From a virus (Duplodnaviria; Caudoviricetes), in IMG/VR virus record IMGVR_UViG_3300034061_001472, positions 1,127-65,126 of that record: DNA of 64,000 bases; one strand, 5' to 3'. Under the pieces are notes generated by a model. It worked only from the letters and a program-made list of their open reading frames with translations. It had not been told where the DNA came from and made no database searches. Positions 48,901 through 58,536 of this stretch are shown here, piece after piece. Within the stretch, counting starts at the first letter, position 1. Every line of letters starts with the position of its first letter. The position numbers and the translations under genes were made by a program.

Positions 48901-50757
48901 TGTCTTTTTAATTTCCTTAACTTCAGAAGCTAATTCTGCTTCAGCACTTCCGCGAATAATTGGTTGGTAATACCGCTTGTTTGGGTAGTAGTACTTACCA
49001 TCTGAGCCTTTAACTTTTTTATTTAAGAAATCTTTAAGAAGAGGATTTTTGTAAGGGTCTACAATAAGTTTAGCGCCTACAATTTTTTCAAGCTCTAGTA
49101 GGTAACTAGACTTCTTATACTCCGGCGTTTGACCAGGACCTGTTACAGGCTTAGGGCCAGAGTAGTTTGGCAGCTTGCCAACTTCTACCGGAGCAGGTGT
49201 AGCTCCTTTAGGGTTAAAAGCGTTGCGCTGGCTGTCAACGTAGCCAGGGAAGTTAAAAAGTATGCTCCCTACGTCGGCAGGTGAGAATGCTGGAAGAGTT
49301 CCAGGAATCTTCGCGCCTGGTCTGTCACGAGGAACACGAGGCTCACCTAGTATACCTGAGGTATCTAACGGAGTTACGTTAATAGTTGAAGTAGGAGCCG
49401 TGTATGGGCCTTCTGGCTCTGTTTGATCTGCAGGCACATCAATTTCGTTTCCGCTGTCTAGCTTAACGCGCACGGTAGAATCTGTTGTGTTGACAGAAAC
49501 AACTTGCCCTGAGCCTCTTGCTGCATCTCCGCCAACTACTACTCTTGACCCTGCTTTAGGCTTTTTTCCAAATTTTCCGCCTTTTTGACGAGGCTGCTCT
49601 GCGACGATGTCGCTGCGGTTTTCAGACGTGTAGATTCCGTCGCCTGGTACACCACCTGGTCCACTGGCAATAGGAGCTTCTCCGGCCGCAGTTAGGGTTC
49701 TATCAATAAACTCTAGGTCTAATTCAGAAGCTGCATCTAAAAACATGCTAGCTTCTTCTTCGTTAATCTCGAACAACGAGACAGGAGTGTTTGGAGATTC
49801 CTGGAAACAAGCAGAAAGGAACAGCGCTGATTCTGGGTCTATCTCAACATGGTTAAAGTTGTCAATAGAAAATTCATCATCAAGTTCTTTGTCGTAGCTT
49901 GCAAAGTCGCTGTCAACGCCGTCTAGCACATGCCAGTTCCCCGCGTCCCACACTGAAAGAGATCGCTCGCTGTCGACCTTATAAAGTCTGTCAATACCTG
50001 AGCCGTCCATACGAACTCTAGCTACAAACTCTGTCTCTGTTAAATCGTTTGATATTGCCTCTTCAAAAGAAGAAAGATCCGCGCTGTATTCTTTACCAGT
50101 TGCATAGTCGTACTCATCTTCTTTATAGCTTGAATCAACGTATCCGTCAGCTCTTACTGCTTTCTTATTTTCTCGAGTGACGATTGCTTGCGCCCAGCGC
50201 CACGCGGTGTCGCCACCCCAGAGAGCCCACGCAATACGGCCATTTGACGGAAAACCTTTCTCGCCCGGTTGGTATCCCTCTGCTTTTTTATCGACCTCAT
50301 GACGAGGAAAATACTTAGCAATATGACGAACTTTTTCAATTCCAATTTGGCCGCCTTTCGCCAACGTGCGTGCGCTGTTTACACCGACAGATGTTCCGCC
50401 ACGGTCGTGTTCTTTGCGCCACTCTAAACCGCGCTTAGCTTCCTCTTGAGCGCCTTTAGGGATAGTGTACATGCGACCTGCCGCGGCAACTATGCTTACG
50501 TCTAAGGTAGTAAGTGCACCGTGCGCTAGGTCCGTAATTGACTCTGTTATTTCAATATCGTCGTCTACCCAAGACGCGGACGCAACTAATGAAGAAAGTA
50601 ATCCAGAAGCTACGATAACGTTTTCTTCTGCCTCGATAATAACAGCGTTAACGCCGTCGGCAAAAAGAACATTAGTACCGTTCTTTCCAATAATCTCCAC
50701 GTTACTCTTTCCCTGTCTCTTTGTTGGTAGGTTGCAGATCAAAAACAAGATCTCCAA
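45994..50757 (-). CDS. Multidomain capsid maturation (prohead) protease polyprotein (likely start GTG 50700)
   Basis: Protease region GDGRSF...LPLPLMWQ..EGH.GSVVVGRID...GISADLD...TLV..PAF; GR..GHIA.W; plus RIAWALWGGD, LRRYW...CYR and ALPDGSYPI modules; directly upstream of capsid. Confidence 0.82.
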   Translation of the reverse strand: MEILFLICNLPTKRQGKSNVEIIGKNGTNVLFADGVNAVIIEAEENVIVASGLLSSLVASASWVDDDIEITESITDLAHGALTTLDVSIVAAAGRMYTIPKGAQEEAKRGLEWRKEHDRGGTSVGVNSARTLAKGGQIGIEKVRHIAKYFPRHEVDKKAEGYQPGEKGFPSNGRIAWALWGGDTAWRWAQAIVTRENKKAVRADGYVDSSYKEDEYDYATGKEYSADLSSFEEAISNDLTETEFVARVRMDGSGIDRLYKVDSERSLSVWDAGNWHVLDGVDSDFASYDKELDDEFSIDNFNHVEIDPESALFLSACFQESPNTPVSLFEINEEEASMFLDAASELDLEFIDRTLTAAGEAPIASGPGGVPGDGIYTSENRSDIVAEQPRQKGGKFGKKPKAGSRVVVGGDAARGSGQVVSVNTTDSTVRVKLDSGNEIDVPADQTEPEGPYTAPTSTINVTPLDTSGILGEPRVPRDRPGAKIPGTLPAFSPADVGSILFNFPGYVDSQRNAFNPKGATPAPVEVGKLPNYSGPKPVTGPGQTPEYKKSSYLLELEKIVGAKLIVDPYKNPLLKDFLNKKVKGSDGKYYYPNKRYYQPIIRGSAEAELASEVKEIKKTKPNVKPGESKEVTPGTSDVQPLFFAIVSSDDVAAVLDLVALVPASSTSNAPMTYSRVDGKWTRNEAILNDLNSPTPPPVVPLDGESLKSVIQQVDGTIPVIASLTIDAELLTVLWGPNGNVMVMTAAGGADRNRGNAEGLRRYWTVGKGGLKIRWNSPGDWTRCYRNLKKYMGPRAKGYCSLRHKEMTGMWPGDKRNPGMKKGEFSVDELLPYEKVMEASVLSAKANDARNRVLTASVETEPAGALFRIPLVLPETAESGDGRSFKKDAIEIRDLPLPLMWQIKSDEGHNGSVVVGRIDHMERIPGGIGNARGVFDSGAYGREAERLVREGFIRGISADLDQFEANQVEPELAGNDPEEDAGKIGKEKLMITHARVMAVTLVPKPAFQECQIYLVTDESNNKEDVVVEDGVYADDMDPVEASALVACGLVAGSIPVTPPREWFNNPELRKATPLTVDDEGRVFGHIAAWHVDHIGMSFGTRPPRSKSKYAYFHTGVIRSDDGTDVPVGQLTLAGGHASLDADAFAAARHYDDTASAIADVHAGEDAFGIWVSGALRPGASPEQVRALRASAPSGDWRPIKGNLELVAVCQVNVPGFPIARARVASGAVMALVAAGAQVLARMKSDPVAELNARIDKLEQLEYDQLSVKANAAKSRFEEVREEKAAQLSAQADAAYERIHGEPRYDDQFGYISREKRQKLAKEGKALPDGSYPITNLDSLKDSIQAYGRSKPGKRAAVRRHIMKMARRLDSSDLIPENWKSMSSDIAEEDLNDLRVRLTEFSTKVDGDLGKALAVDSENKGIYTPGNQPRDEKGKFRDVLARIKTNLGTSGSQGVMDKLQEAEGFDNTGDYVGAAKAGTELISIIDRLDAGSLNKDALENIRSSSRELGKVIANLPFDFGSDTEKVRYSDLPPALKSLLDDMLSRVEDKIGKKDAQEATSGLRSFMSGGDYYTQQEISSELSKLLRLLT

Positions 50758-51295
50758 CGTACCCGTCGGCGGTTTGACCGTCCATGTAATCTAAGAGCCA
50801 GGCATTGGGACCGTTAGGATCTACTCCGCCTAGCGCCGCGAAGACAAGTTCAATCATACCACTAGCTGTAATCTCTTGATCAGGATCCTCGCTAGATAAC
50901 TGATCATGCAACTCGGGAAAATCATGAAATACCTGGTCCGTATCGTCGGATGCAACGGCCATGGCAATCCCTTTAGCTTTGCCATTAGCTGCCGATGCTG
51001 CGTGGGCAAGCGCAATCTTTTCTGTCTTAACAGCAATCTTTTCATTAGGCTCGTCGAAAACGTTAGAAAAGTAGAAGTTTGACAAGCCAAGAGTAGATAT
51101 TCCCAGGTAGTCATCTACCTTAAGTTTCTTAGTGTCTGTGCCTATTCTTTCCATAATCATTGCTTGACGCTTCTTTGCATCAAACATCGGGTTCTTATCG
51201 TCACTAAAGACGTACGTGTACCCTTTGTCTGTAGCTACCACGGAGAAGGTATGCTTGTTACTAACTATGTCGTACGCGCGGATTACTTTTATCAT
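50702..51295 (-). CDS. Hypothetical protein, 197 aa (candidate partner/immunity of the upstream kinase protein)
   Basis: Starts 11 nt after the stop of the 2409-aa ORF. Confidence 0.7.
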   Translation of the reverse strand: MIKVIRAYDIVSNKHTFSVVATDKGYTYVFSDDKNPMFDAKKRQAMIMERIGTDTKKLKVDDYLGISTLGLSNFYFSNVFDEPNEKIAVKTEKIALAHAASAANGKAKGIAMAVASDDTDQVFHDFPELHDQLSSEDPDQEITASGMIELVFAALGGVDPNGPNAWLLDYMDGQTADGYVGDLVFDLQPTNKETGKE

Positions 51296-51306
51296 TGTGT
51301 ATTACC

Positions 51307-54300
51307 CTATCTCCAGTAGCTAGCTGTTAGAATATCTTTAAACTGTTCAAAGTTTCTCGTGCCGGGAGTGAGAAGCTCTGCTGTACGCGCCTCAATAGCG
51401 TCTCGATATGCGTTCAAGCTTCCGTAGCGGTCGATGATAATTCTAAGCTCATTTCCGCTAGGAGAAAACGCATCAGATCTCAAGGAGGCAACTAACTTGT
51501 CTGCCTCGTTTCTAAACGCCTGAATAAGTTCATCTTGACCCATTCTTTGTAGAAGCACTGGGATAGTGTTTGAGTACACGTTATCGTAAGTTGATAGAAC
51601 TTGTTCAAAGTTAAATGTATCTGAAGGAGCCATTTGCGCGAGAGAATGATCTATCGGAAGCATACGTAGGCGGGAAGGGTCCGTGCCATCAATAGCAAGA
51701 AGGACGTTCCCGTTATGGCGATCTTGATTGTTTATAATAAGATCAAGAAGGGCAATGCGAACAGCGTCTTCAGGAGTACGAAGAGAATCTAACAAGGTTG
51801 AGCGAGTAACAGGGACTATTCCATCAGGTCCTTGAATTCCTCCGTTTTCAAAGACGTTTGACAGAGTCTGAGGCTCGCTAGCAAGAGGCAATGAAGAACC
51901 TGCCTGTTGCATTACAAGAACTTCTCCAGATGCGTCTTTAATATTTGCTCGTGTCTCGTACATACCTTGGAACCCGAGCGCACGAGTAAGCATTCCTGCT
52001 TCTATTTCAGCACGAAGAGGGTCGATCCTGTACTGCTTTGCAAGTTCATCTTTCTTGACGTAGAAAATTTGCCCGGAGTCAGTGTGCTTTACTAGGTACG
52101 TATCGTTATATCCCGATTCTTCTGTTCCCAATCTGCGAACTGTAAAGCCAGGAAGTCTATTTTTTGAGATATCTTCAAAGTCAGCTGAGGCAAGAAGATT
52201 CCCAACGCCAAAGTCTGTTTGCCCAGCGCGAGGATTATCTGCTGCCGCCTCTGCGTCTAAGGCGGTACGTAGTCTAAACGCATCTGTAAGAGGAAGAGTT
52301 CTGTTGTCTCCTGCCATAATCTGATCTCCTACCCAGCGGGAGAGAGCTGTCTTAGCCGCGGGTGAGAGAGTAGCTAAAGATGTGTTGTTTTGGAACGCGC
52401 TTCTAATCTCTTCTATATAAGGAGTAAGGGTTTGATTATTCGCTAAGAACTCGTCGCTATTAGCCTTAAGCACAAACTCACGCGAGACTCCAGGACGGTT
52501 AAGCTTGTCCTTTATGCGTGAACGAGCTCTACGAATCTGATCATAGTTTATCGCTTGAATTTGTTCTTTTCTAGTAGGATCTAGGCGTTTTACTCCCATC
52601 CAACCTGTGTTCTCAGACATGAACTTCTTGCCTAGCCAATTTGTTGCGCCAGGATACCAGCCAACTAGCGCTAGCTCCATCGGAGTTGGGGCCTTGTCTA
52701 AATCTACACCACCTCCAGGGATCTTTGCCTGGTCTGCTCTTTGTTTTAGTCTGTCAATAGCAGCTCGCTCTTGATCTGTGTTCGCTTCGCGACGCATGCG
52801 CTGAAGTCTCCAGCCTAGATCATTTTCTGCAGAACCTGGTGTTTCCCAGTTAAAACCGTTTAGAGCCCAGACAAACGCGCCTTGATATGATCCTCCACCT
52901 GCAGCCTGCACGTGAATCTCTTTAACGCCGTTTGCTATGTACCAGTCTTCCATGTAGCGGTTATACGCTGTTGCAAAACCAGATTTCTTATCTCTAGCGC
53001 TATCAATAGACAGATAGTCATTTTTAACCTTCCAGTATCCTGGAGTACCGTCACCACGACTTACGTATGAAAGTGTTCGGTTAACTGTTCCAATTGTACG
53101 ACCGTCTGAGTCTTTAATACTCATTGAAGTTGTAAAACTCATTGGGACGTTATCTCTAGTTATGCTAGCTTCATCTGTCCCGACTAAGTTAATACTTACG
53201 CCTCTGCTTGTAAGAGTGTAACCGTTATTTCCAAAAGTTACGCCGTCTCTAATTCCAAAGGTGTCAAAAACTGCTTTATCTAAACGCTCTTTTATAGCTT
53301 CAGCTTCAGCTCGTTTTTGCGTGCGTTCATCACCATCGAGTGTACTTGCAGCAAGTGTTGCAAGAGAGTACTCTACGTTTAGCTTTCTTAAGTTATCAAG
53401 AGAGACTCTGTTACGACCGGCAAATGCTATTTCACCAGCTCTATCACCCCACGCTGCAAAATCTGTCTGCACCGCGTCTGGATTTCCAAGACCTTGTAGT
53501 TCTTCTGGAAGTTCTCCAAGATTAGCCACACCAGCAATACTTCCATCTGTAGCAACTGCACCTGGGTTTACTACAGGCGCATCAAGTCTGTCTCCAATGT
53601 TAGTTGGGACCGGCGGGATTGCTGGGACTTCGCGATTTGGGACAGCTTGAACTGCATCGCCTGTCGCACGAACCTTGAGTGCAGAGCGAACAGCAACAGT
53701 TCCGTCATCAAATCGTACACGAACATAAGGAATTCTTTCGCCAGTGCGGTTATCAATGTTTTGCACAGCGATAACTGTTCCAGTACGGCCGTCACGTGAT
53801 GCACGAATACGTGTGCCTTTACCCATAACCTTTCCAGTTCTATCAAGAACTGTGTTGTCTGGGTGATATCCACGATTTTCTGGTCCTGGGTAAGCTAGAG
53901 CTGGCTCTGCCACTTCTGCGGCTGGCTCTTCGACGACTGGCACAGATTCATTAGTAGGTATCTCTTCTGCAGAGTCTCCGCCAATATCGTCAACAAGTTC
54001 ATTCCATGAATCAGAGTCGTTGTACGCTTTAGCAAATCGATCTTTAACTTCTGTAGTGTTATTGATGAACTCAAAAGAAACCTCAGAGTTAACACCATTT
54101 GGACGTATACTTCTAAATCTTATATCGTTCTGAAGTCCATTTTCCTCTAGCCAGTCTGTAAATTGCTGCTGACTATTTATTTCTGAAAAGTCAATGGTAT
54201 GCGCGTAGCGTGGCGGAGTGTTAGCAGCTTCAGGGACGAAATCATCATTGCTAACGAAACCCCTTAGTCCAGCTTGCTCTTCATCAGTAGGCGCGCGCCA

Positions 54301-57300
54301 ACCGAGTGCTTGAGCGTTTTCACTAGCGAACCACTCTTCAGTATTTTGAGGAGTAAAAGAAAACAGTCCTGCTTGCTCTTGCCATCTAAACAGAATCGGC
54401 TCTGTGCCCTCTCCACGAGAAAGAACAAGCATGGATTCGGTGTTTGATGAATTTTCGTAGATACCTACGATCTTGTTGTCATTAGTAAACCCTCTAGGGA
54501 ACGTAGTTCTAATTAAACTACTAATATTGTTAAGTCCTTGCGTGTCAAAAGGACCAATTGGAGCGGGAGGGTTTACTGGGCGCTCGATAGCTTGACGTTC
54601 TCCTGTTGTAGGAGGAAATCTACGCGGCTCCGGTTCTTGAGCGGGTTGACGAAGTATGTCAGGACCCGCAACTTCAGTAATCGCCTCTATGATCTCAGCA
54701 TCGTCTGCCTCAGACCAATCAAGAAGTCCTTCTTGGTTTATAGCATCACGGATCTTATCAGCCGTTTCATCGTCAACAGTGTTTCCGGTCTGCTCTATAA
54801 GATCTCTAATCATTTGAGAGTGCGCTTGAAGTCTCGACTCAGATGTATCAGATTCTGGATCACTTAAGTTGTCAATCATATCTTCAAGATCGCCAGGATC
54901 ATCACTCATGTCGTTTGATTCTCTTTTAAGCTCTAAAAGAATATCATTGGTGTTGATGTCTTGAAGTTGGATAGCATCACGAAGAGCTTCAACTGGAACT
55001 TCAACTGTAATATCATCGAAAGATAGAAGCGCCGCGCCTGAGCCATCGGTGATACCGGCAATCATCTGGTCAATAAGATCTGCAGTCTCGTAGTCGCGAG
55101 AAAGAATCTCCGGGTTATCTGTAAATCCATTTTCATCAACTTCCGGTTGAGAAGGAATGTACGCATTTGAGTCTGGGATGTAATAGTCAGGGTTCTCAAA
55201 GTCAATAGGTACGTTTTCAATAAGCTGTCCAGGAAGTGGATCTTCTTCTGGCAAAGGCTTATCTTTTTTGTTAGCTGATGAGACGCTGTCTGGAGAAGCG
55301 CTCTTAATCTGACGAATCTCGGCTGTAATGTCATCAACAAGTTGCGCTTCCTCTGGAGAGCGAACTCCTCCTTGCGCCTCGATAAGACGATTAAGGTTAT
55401 TGTTGTTTCCATTTACAGAGTCGTAGATGTTTGCAACTACACGGTTAGGGTCTAGTCCAGCTTCCCACACCGCGTTATAAAGAGCTTCCATTGGAACGTA
55501 CTCTTCACCTGCGTTAAACTCTAGACGACCAGCGCCTGATGGACGACCCATGTCAGCGCGAGGAATGTCTACTCCGCCCATGTCTTCAGCTCCAGGAATG
55601 TCTCCTGCGTCATCTACGTTTGCGTTTAGAATCTCGGCGATTGCTGCATCATCTGATGTACCAACAAGGGCTTCGCTTAACGCAGAAACTAAATCTTGTG
55701 GAGTAAACTGCGTAGCTAGCTTCTTAGGGTCATCTGTAAAGTTCGTGCTTGCCTCGTCTACACGACCTTCTGGCTCATAGTCTACAGTACGAAGTTGGAA
55801 CGCACCGTTAGGCACATCAAAGTTGTTAAATAAACCTGGTGTTGAAGGCTGTGAAGGTGTAGGAGTCTTTGGTGGAGTCCCATCTGTTGGAGGAGTTGGT
55901 GGCTCGTCTGGGCCGTCGCTGTCTTCTTGTAAACGAGTAATTAGCTTATTTACAACGTCTACCGCTTCAGCGGAGTTCTCACCGTTAGGGAAAATGCCTT
56001 CGCTTGGATTTTCTAATCCGTCCATTAAGTTAAACGCATCTTCAAGAGATGAAATAGCAGACTCTACATCTCCACTTTCAAGATCCTTCTTTGCTTCCTT
56101 AAGATGATCCTGTGCTTGAGAGATTCCCATGGCTCGATCTTCAGTACTACCTTCTTCATCCATGTGCTTATCTAAGAAGTCTAGTGCTTTGTCTACGTCT
56201 TTAATATCTTGAGAATCAGTCTCGTCTTGCGTGGCAGTGCCTGGTTTACGTTCTGAAACTTGAGGAGCAGAGGCTGCATCATTGTTTTTATTTGCTTCAT
56301 TTAATCTGGCTACAAGTTTTTTAGCGTCTAGTACAGGATCTCCTGCCATTGGATGTGGAGCAGAAGGGCGTTCTATGACTACGCTTCTATCACCATTGTC
56401 TGGACCTCTCCAGTTACCATTACGTTCAGGTTTTGGAAGTGTTAAATTAGAAGTATCACCAATTAAATAAAGAGTAGCTATCTGCCCTTCTACCGCAGCG
56501 CGTTCTCTATTGCGGACTCGTCCGTCGCGCATGCGCCCACCAAGTTGGCCAGCACCAGTTCTTATTTCATAGCGAATATCAGTGCCTTCGATAACACCTT
56601 CTGTTGGCAGATCTTCTGGGCTTGAAAAGTCACCGACTTCACCTTGGATCCTAGCGTAGTTTTTCTTACCCTCGTCCCACTCTTCTCTTGTTTTCTTGAG
56701 AAGCTTTTCAATTCTTTTGTCCATCTCTGTAGGAGCTGGAGGATTCTCAATAAGATTTCTGATCTCAGCATCAATTTTTTTATTTTGCTCGTCTGTTAAA
56801 GCTGGCAGTGGGTCATCACTTGCTGGAGGTCCTGGAAGTCTATTTCCGTCCTTGTCAAAGAAACCTGCTCTGTAGTCTGCGTCGTCTGGCTCTGGGCCAA
56901 AACGCACGTAGTCAGACGGACCATCTTCAAATCTAGGCAGCAGGATCTCTTGTATCTTGATCTCTTCTGGCTTAACAGGTTCTAGCTTGCGACCGCGCTT
57001 GTCTTCCTCGGCAGTAATCCAGTTTGGAATGTCAGCCTCGGCTGCATCCCATGAATCGTACTCTTTATCATTAGCGTAGAACTTGCCGTCACGCATGAAT
57101 ATAGCTTTGGCAACAACAGGGTTTCCATTGTCATCTGCATATGTCTTGCTGTACTCGATGTAAGGGAGTCCTTCTTCACCAAGTACTCTATCTGCACCGA
57201 TTCGTCTAGGTTCAATGTCTGCTCTTGCACCTGGCCTAACGGCGCCTTCCCAGCCAGCAGGGACCTTGTTGCCATTTTGGTCGACTCCGCTATCAATAAG

Positions 57301-58536
57301 ATTTTCTAGTCTATCGAACTCGGCGTTCTGTGCTGTTCTAGCATCGAGGCGAGCCTTAACTACTTGCTGTTCTCCTGAAGTATCTTGACCCTTAACTACA
57401 TCGTACGCTTCTTGGTCATTAGTTGCAAGATCATTAATGTCTGCCCAGTTAGCACCTTGGCCAACCTTACCGGCAAGTGAGCCGTCTTCGTTTTGGCGAT
57501 AAAGAGTGTATTCGCCGTCGGTAGCTTTTATAGTGTAGTTATCGTCAGATGTAAATGTATTGTCGTCTACCTTTGTCCAACCTATAGGAGCGTCAAGACG
57601 CTCTGCAATAAGTTCATCTTTTGTAGGAATGTTAACTGTATTTTGATCAGCGCCTCGTGTTCGAGTAATACCAGCTTTTCTAAGTTGCCCTGTAGTCAGA
57701 CGAGCAGAGTATGTCTGTGCGTTGCCAGCTCTAATTGCGTAGATGCCGTCTGGAAGATTAGCATCTCCTGAAACTTGCATAAGACCTGCAGTGTAATTTT
57801 CTCCAGCTCGCTGTGGTCTAACACCAACATAAGTACCAGAAGCTCTAGCAACAGAGCCGTCAGGCATACGGAAGTTAAAGTTAACACCACGTCCCATTTC
57901 AACCCAGCGGCCTTTACGGTCACGCCACTGTAGAGCTACGCGAGCTCTACGAGCTGCAGAAGAGTTGCCGCTACCAAATGCCGCGGTAATCGCCTCAAGA
58001 ACATCAATCTTAAAGTAGCCAGGCACGAACTTCTTCGTTACCAGTAGACGTGAAAACGCATGTTCACGCTCAATCGAACCAGGCTCAGCCGCGTGGGCAC
58101 TTGCAACAAGTGCGCGAACATTGTCGTTAACTGCAGAATCTGCAGCTAGCCACGTTGCGTATTTTTCACGATACTCAGCTGGAGTAAGTGAAGCGTTCAA
58201 CGCTGAAAGAGGGTGACCCTGCATAAGAAGATCTGTATGCTTTGTACTGTTAGTGCTAAAGGTATTTGTTGCAGTAGAGATAAAGACGGCAACCTCGCGT
58301 AATGCTCCAGCCTCGCGAGACTCTAGACTTAAAGAGCTTAGTGATTCAAGGGCGCGATCCATAACTGTAAGCGCTGAGCGTGGAGTTACACGGCGTTCTT
58401 CACGGACACTAGCGTTAGACGCCTGTACGAGAGATAAAACCTTCTCGTGTAGAGTCTTATACTCCTTTACCTTTTTAGAAGGAGCTGCCTTGCGATTTTC
58501 ACCGCGCTGGATCTTCTTATTTAACGGAGATTCCAC
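51307..58536 (-). CDS. Giant (2409 aa) head-associated polyvalent protein with SH3/KOW-like, GNAT-like and C-terminal PI3/4-kinase/HipA-like domains
   Basis: Kinase: G.N.TYLV...FYVKK...E...DLIINNQDRHNGNVL...PIDHSL; GNAT-like: KKSGFATAY...GVKEIHVQA...GAFVWALNGF; located between portal and protease genes. Confidence 0.8.
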   Translation of the reverse strand: MESPLNKKIQRGENRKAAPSKKVKEYKTLHEKVLSLVQASNASVREERRVTPRSALTVMDRALESLSSLSLESREAGALREVAVFISTATNTFSTNSTKHTDLLMQGHPLSALNASLTPAEYREKYATWLAADSAVNDNVRALVASAHAAEPGSIEREHAFSRLLVTKKFVPGYFKIDVLEAITAAFGSGNSSAARRARVALQWRDRKGRWVEMGRGVNFNFRMPDGSVARASGTYVGVRPQRAGENYTAGLMQVSGDANLPDGIYAIRAGNAQTYSARLTTGQLRKAGITRTRGADQNTVNIPTKDELIAERLDAPIGWTKVDDNTFTSDDNYTIKATDGEYTLYRQNEDGSLAGKVGQGANWADINDLATNDQEAYDVVKGQDTSGEQQVVKARLDARTAQNAEFDRLENLIDSGVDQNGNKVPAGWEGAVRPGARADIEPRRIGADRVLGEEGLPYIEYSKTYADDNGNPVVAKAIFMRDGKFYANDKEYDSWDAAEADIPNWITAEEDKRGRKLEPVKPEEIKIQEILLPRFEDGPSDYVRFGPEPDDADYRAGFFDKDGNRLPGPPASDDPLPALTDEQNKKIDAEIRNLIENPPAPTEMDKRIEKLLKKTREEWDEGKKNYARIQGEVGDFSSPEDLPTEGVIEGTDIRYEIRTGAGQLGGRMRDGRVRNRERAAVEGQIATLYLIGDTSNLTLPKPERNGNWRGPDNGDRSVVIERPSAPHPMAGDPVLDAKKLVARLNEANKNNDAASAPQVSERKPGTATQDETDSQDIKDVDKALDFLDKHMDEEGSTEDRAMGISQAQDHLKEAKKDLESGDVESAISSLEDAFNLMDGLENPSEGIFPNGENSAEAVDVVNKLITRLQEDSDGPDEPPTPPTDGTPPKTPTPSQPSTPGLFNNFDVPNGAFQLRTVDYEPEGRVDEASTNFTDDPKKLATQFTPQDLVSALSEALVGTSDDAAIAEILNANVDDAGDIPGAEDMGGVDIPRADMGRPSGAGRLEFNAGEEYVPMEALYNAVWEAGLDPNRVVANIYDSVNGNNNNLNRLIEAQGGVRSPEEAQLVDDITAEIRQIKSASPDSVSSANKKDKPLPEEDPLPGQLIENVPIDFENPDYYIPDSNAYIPSQPEVDENGFTDNPEILSRDYETADLIDQMIAGITDGSGAALLSFDDITVEVPVEALRDAIQLQDINTNDILLELKRESNDMSDDPGDLEDMIDNLSDPESDTSESRLQAHSQMIRDLIEQTGNTVDDETADKIRDAINQEGLLDWSEADDAEIIEAITEVAGPDILRQPAQEPEPRRFPPTTGERQAIERPVNPPAPIGPFDTQGLNNISSLIRTTFPRGFTNDNKIVGIYENSSNTESMLVLSRGEGTEPILFRWQEQAGLFSFTPQNTEEWFASENAQALGWRAPTDEEQAGLRGFVSNDDFVPEAANTPPRYAHTIDFSEINSQQQFTDWLEENGLQNDIRFRSIRPNGVNSEVSFEFINNTTEVKDRFAKAYNDSDSWNELVDDIGGDSAEEIPTNESVPVVEEPAAEVAEPALAYPGPENRGYHPDNTVLDRTGKVMGKGTRIRASRDGRTGTVIAVQNIDNRTGERIPYVRVRFDDGTVAVRSALKVRATGDAVQAVPNREVPAIPPVPTNIGDRLDAPVVNPGAVATDGSIAGVANLGELPEELQGLGNPDAVQTDFAAWGDRAGEIAFAGRNRVSLDNLRKLNVEYSLATLAASTLDGDERTQKRAEAEAIKERLDKAVFDTFGIRDGVTFGNNGYTLTSRGVSINLVGTDEASITRDNVPMSFTTSMSIKDSDGRTIGTVNRTLSYVSRGDGTPGYWKVKNDYLSIDSARDKKSGFATAYNRYMEDWYIANGVKEIHVQAAGGGSYQGAFVWALNGFNWETPGSAENDLGWRLQRMRREANTDQERAAIDRLKQRADQAKIPGGGVDLDKAPTPMELALVGWYPGATNWLGKKFMSENTGWMGVKRLDPTRKEQIQAINYDQIRRARSRIKDKLNRPGVSREFVLKANSDEFLANNQTLTPYIEEIRSAFQNNTSLATLSPAAKTALSRWVGDQIMAGDNRTLPLTDAFRLRTALDAEAAADNPRAGQTDFGVGNLLASADFEDISKNRLPGFTVRRLGTEESGYNDTYLVKHTDSGQIFYVKKDELAKQYRIDPLRAEIEAGMLTRALGFQGMYETRANIKDASGEVLVMQQAGSSLPLASEPQTLSNVFENGGIQGPDGIVPVTRSTLLDSLRTPEDAVRIALLDLIINNQDRHNGNVLLAIDGTDPSRLRMLPIDHSLAQMAPSDTFNFEQVLSTYDNVYSNTIPVLLQRMGQDELIQAFRNEADKLVASLRSDAFSPSGNELRIIIDRYGSLNAYRDAIEARTAELLTPGTRNFEQFKDILTASYWR

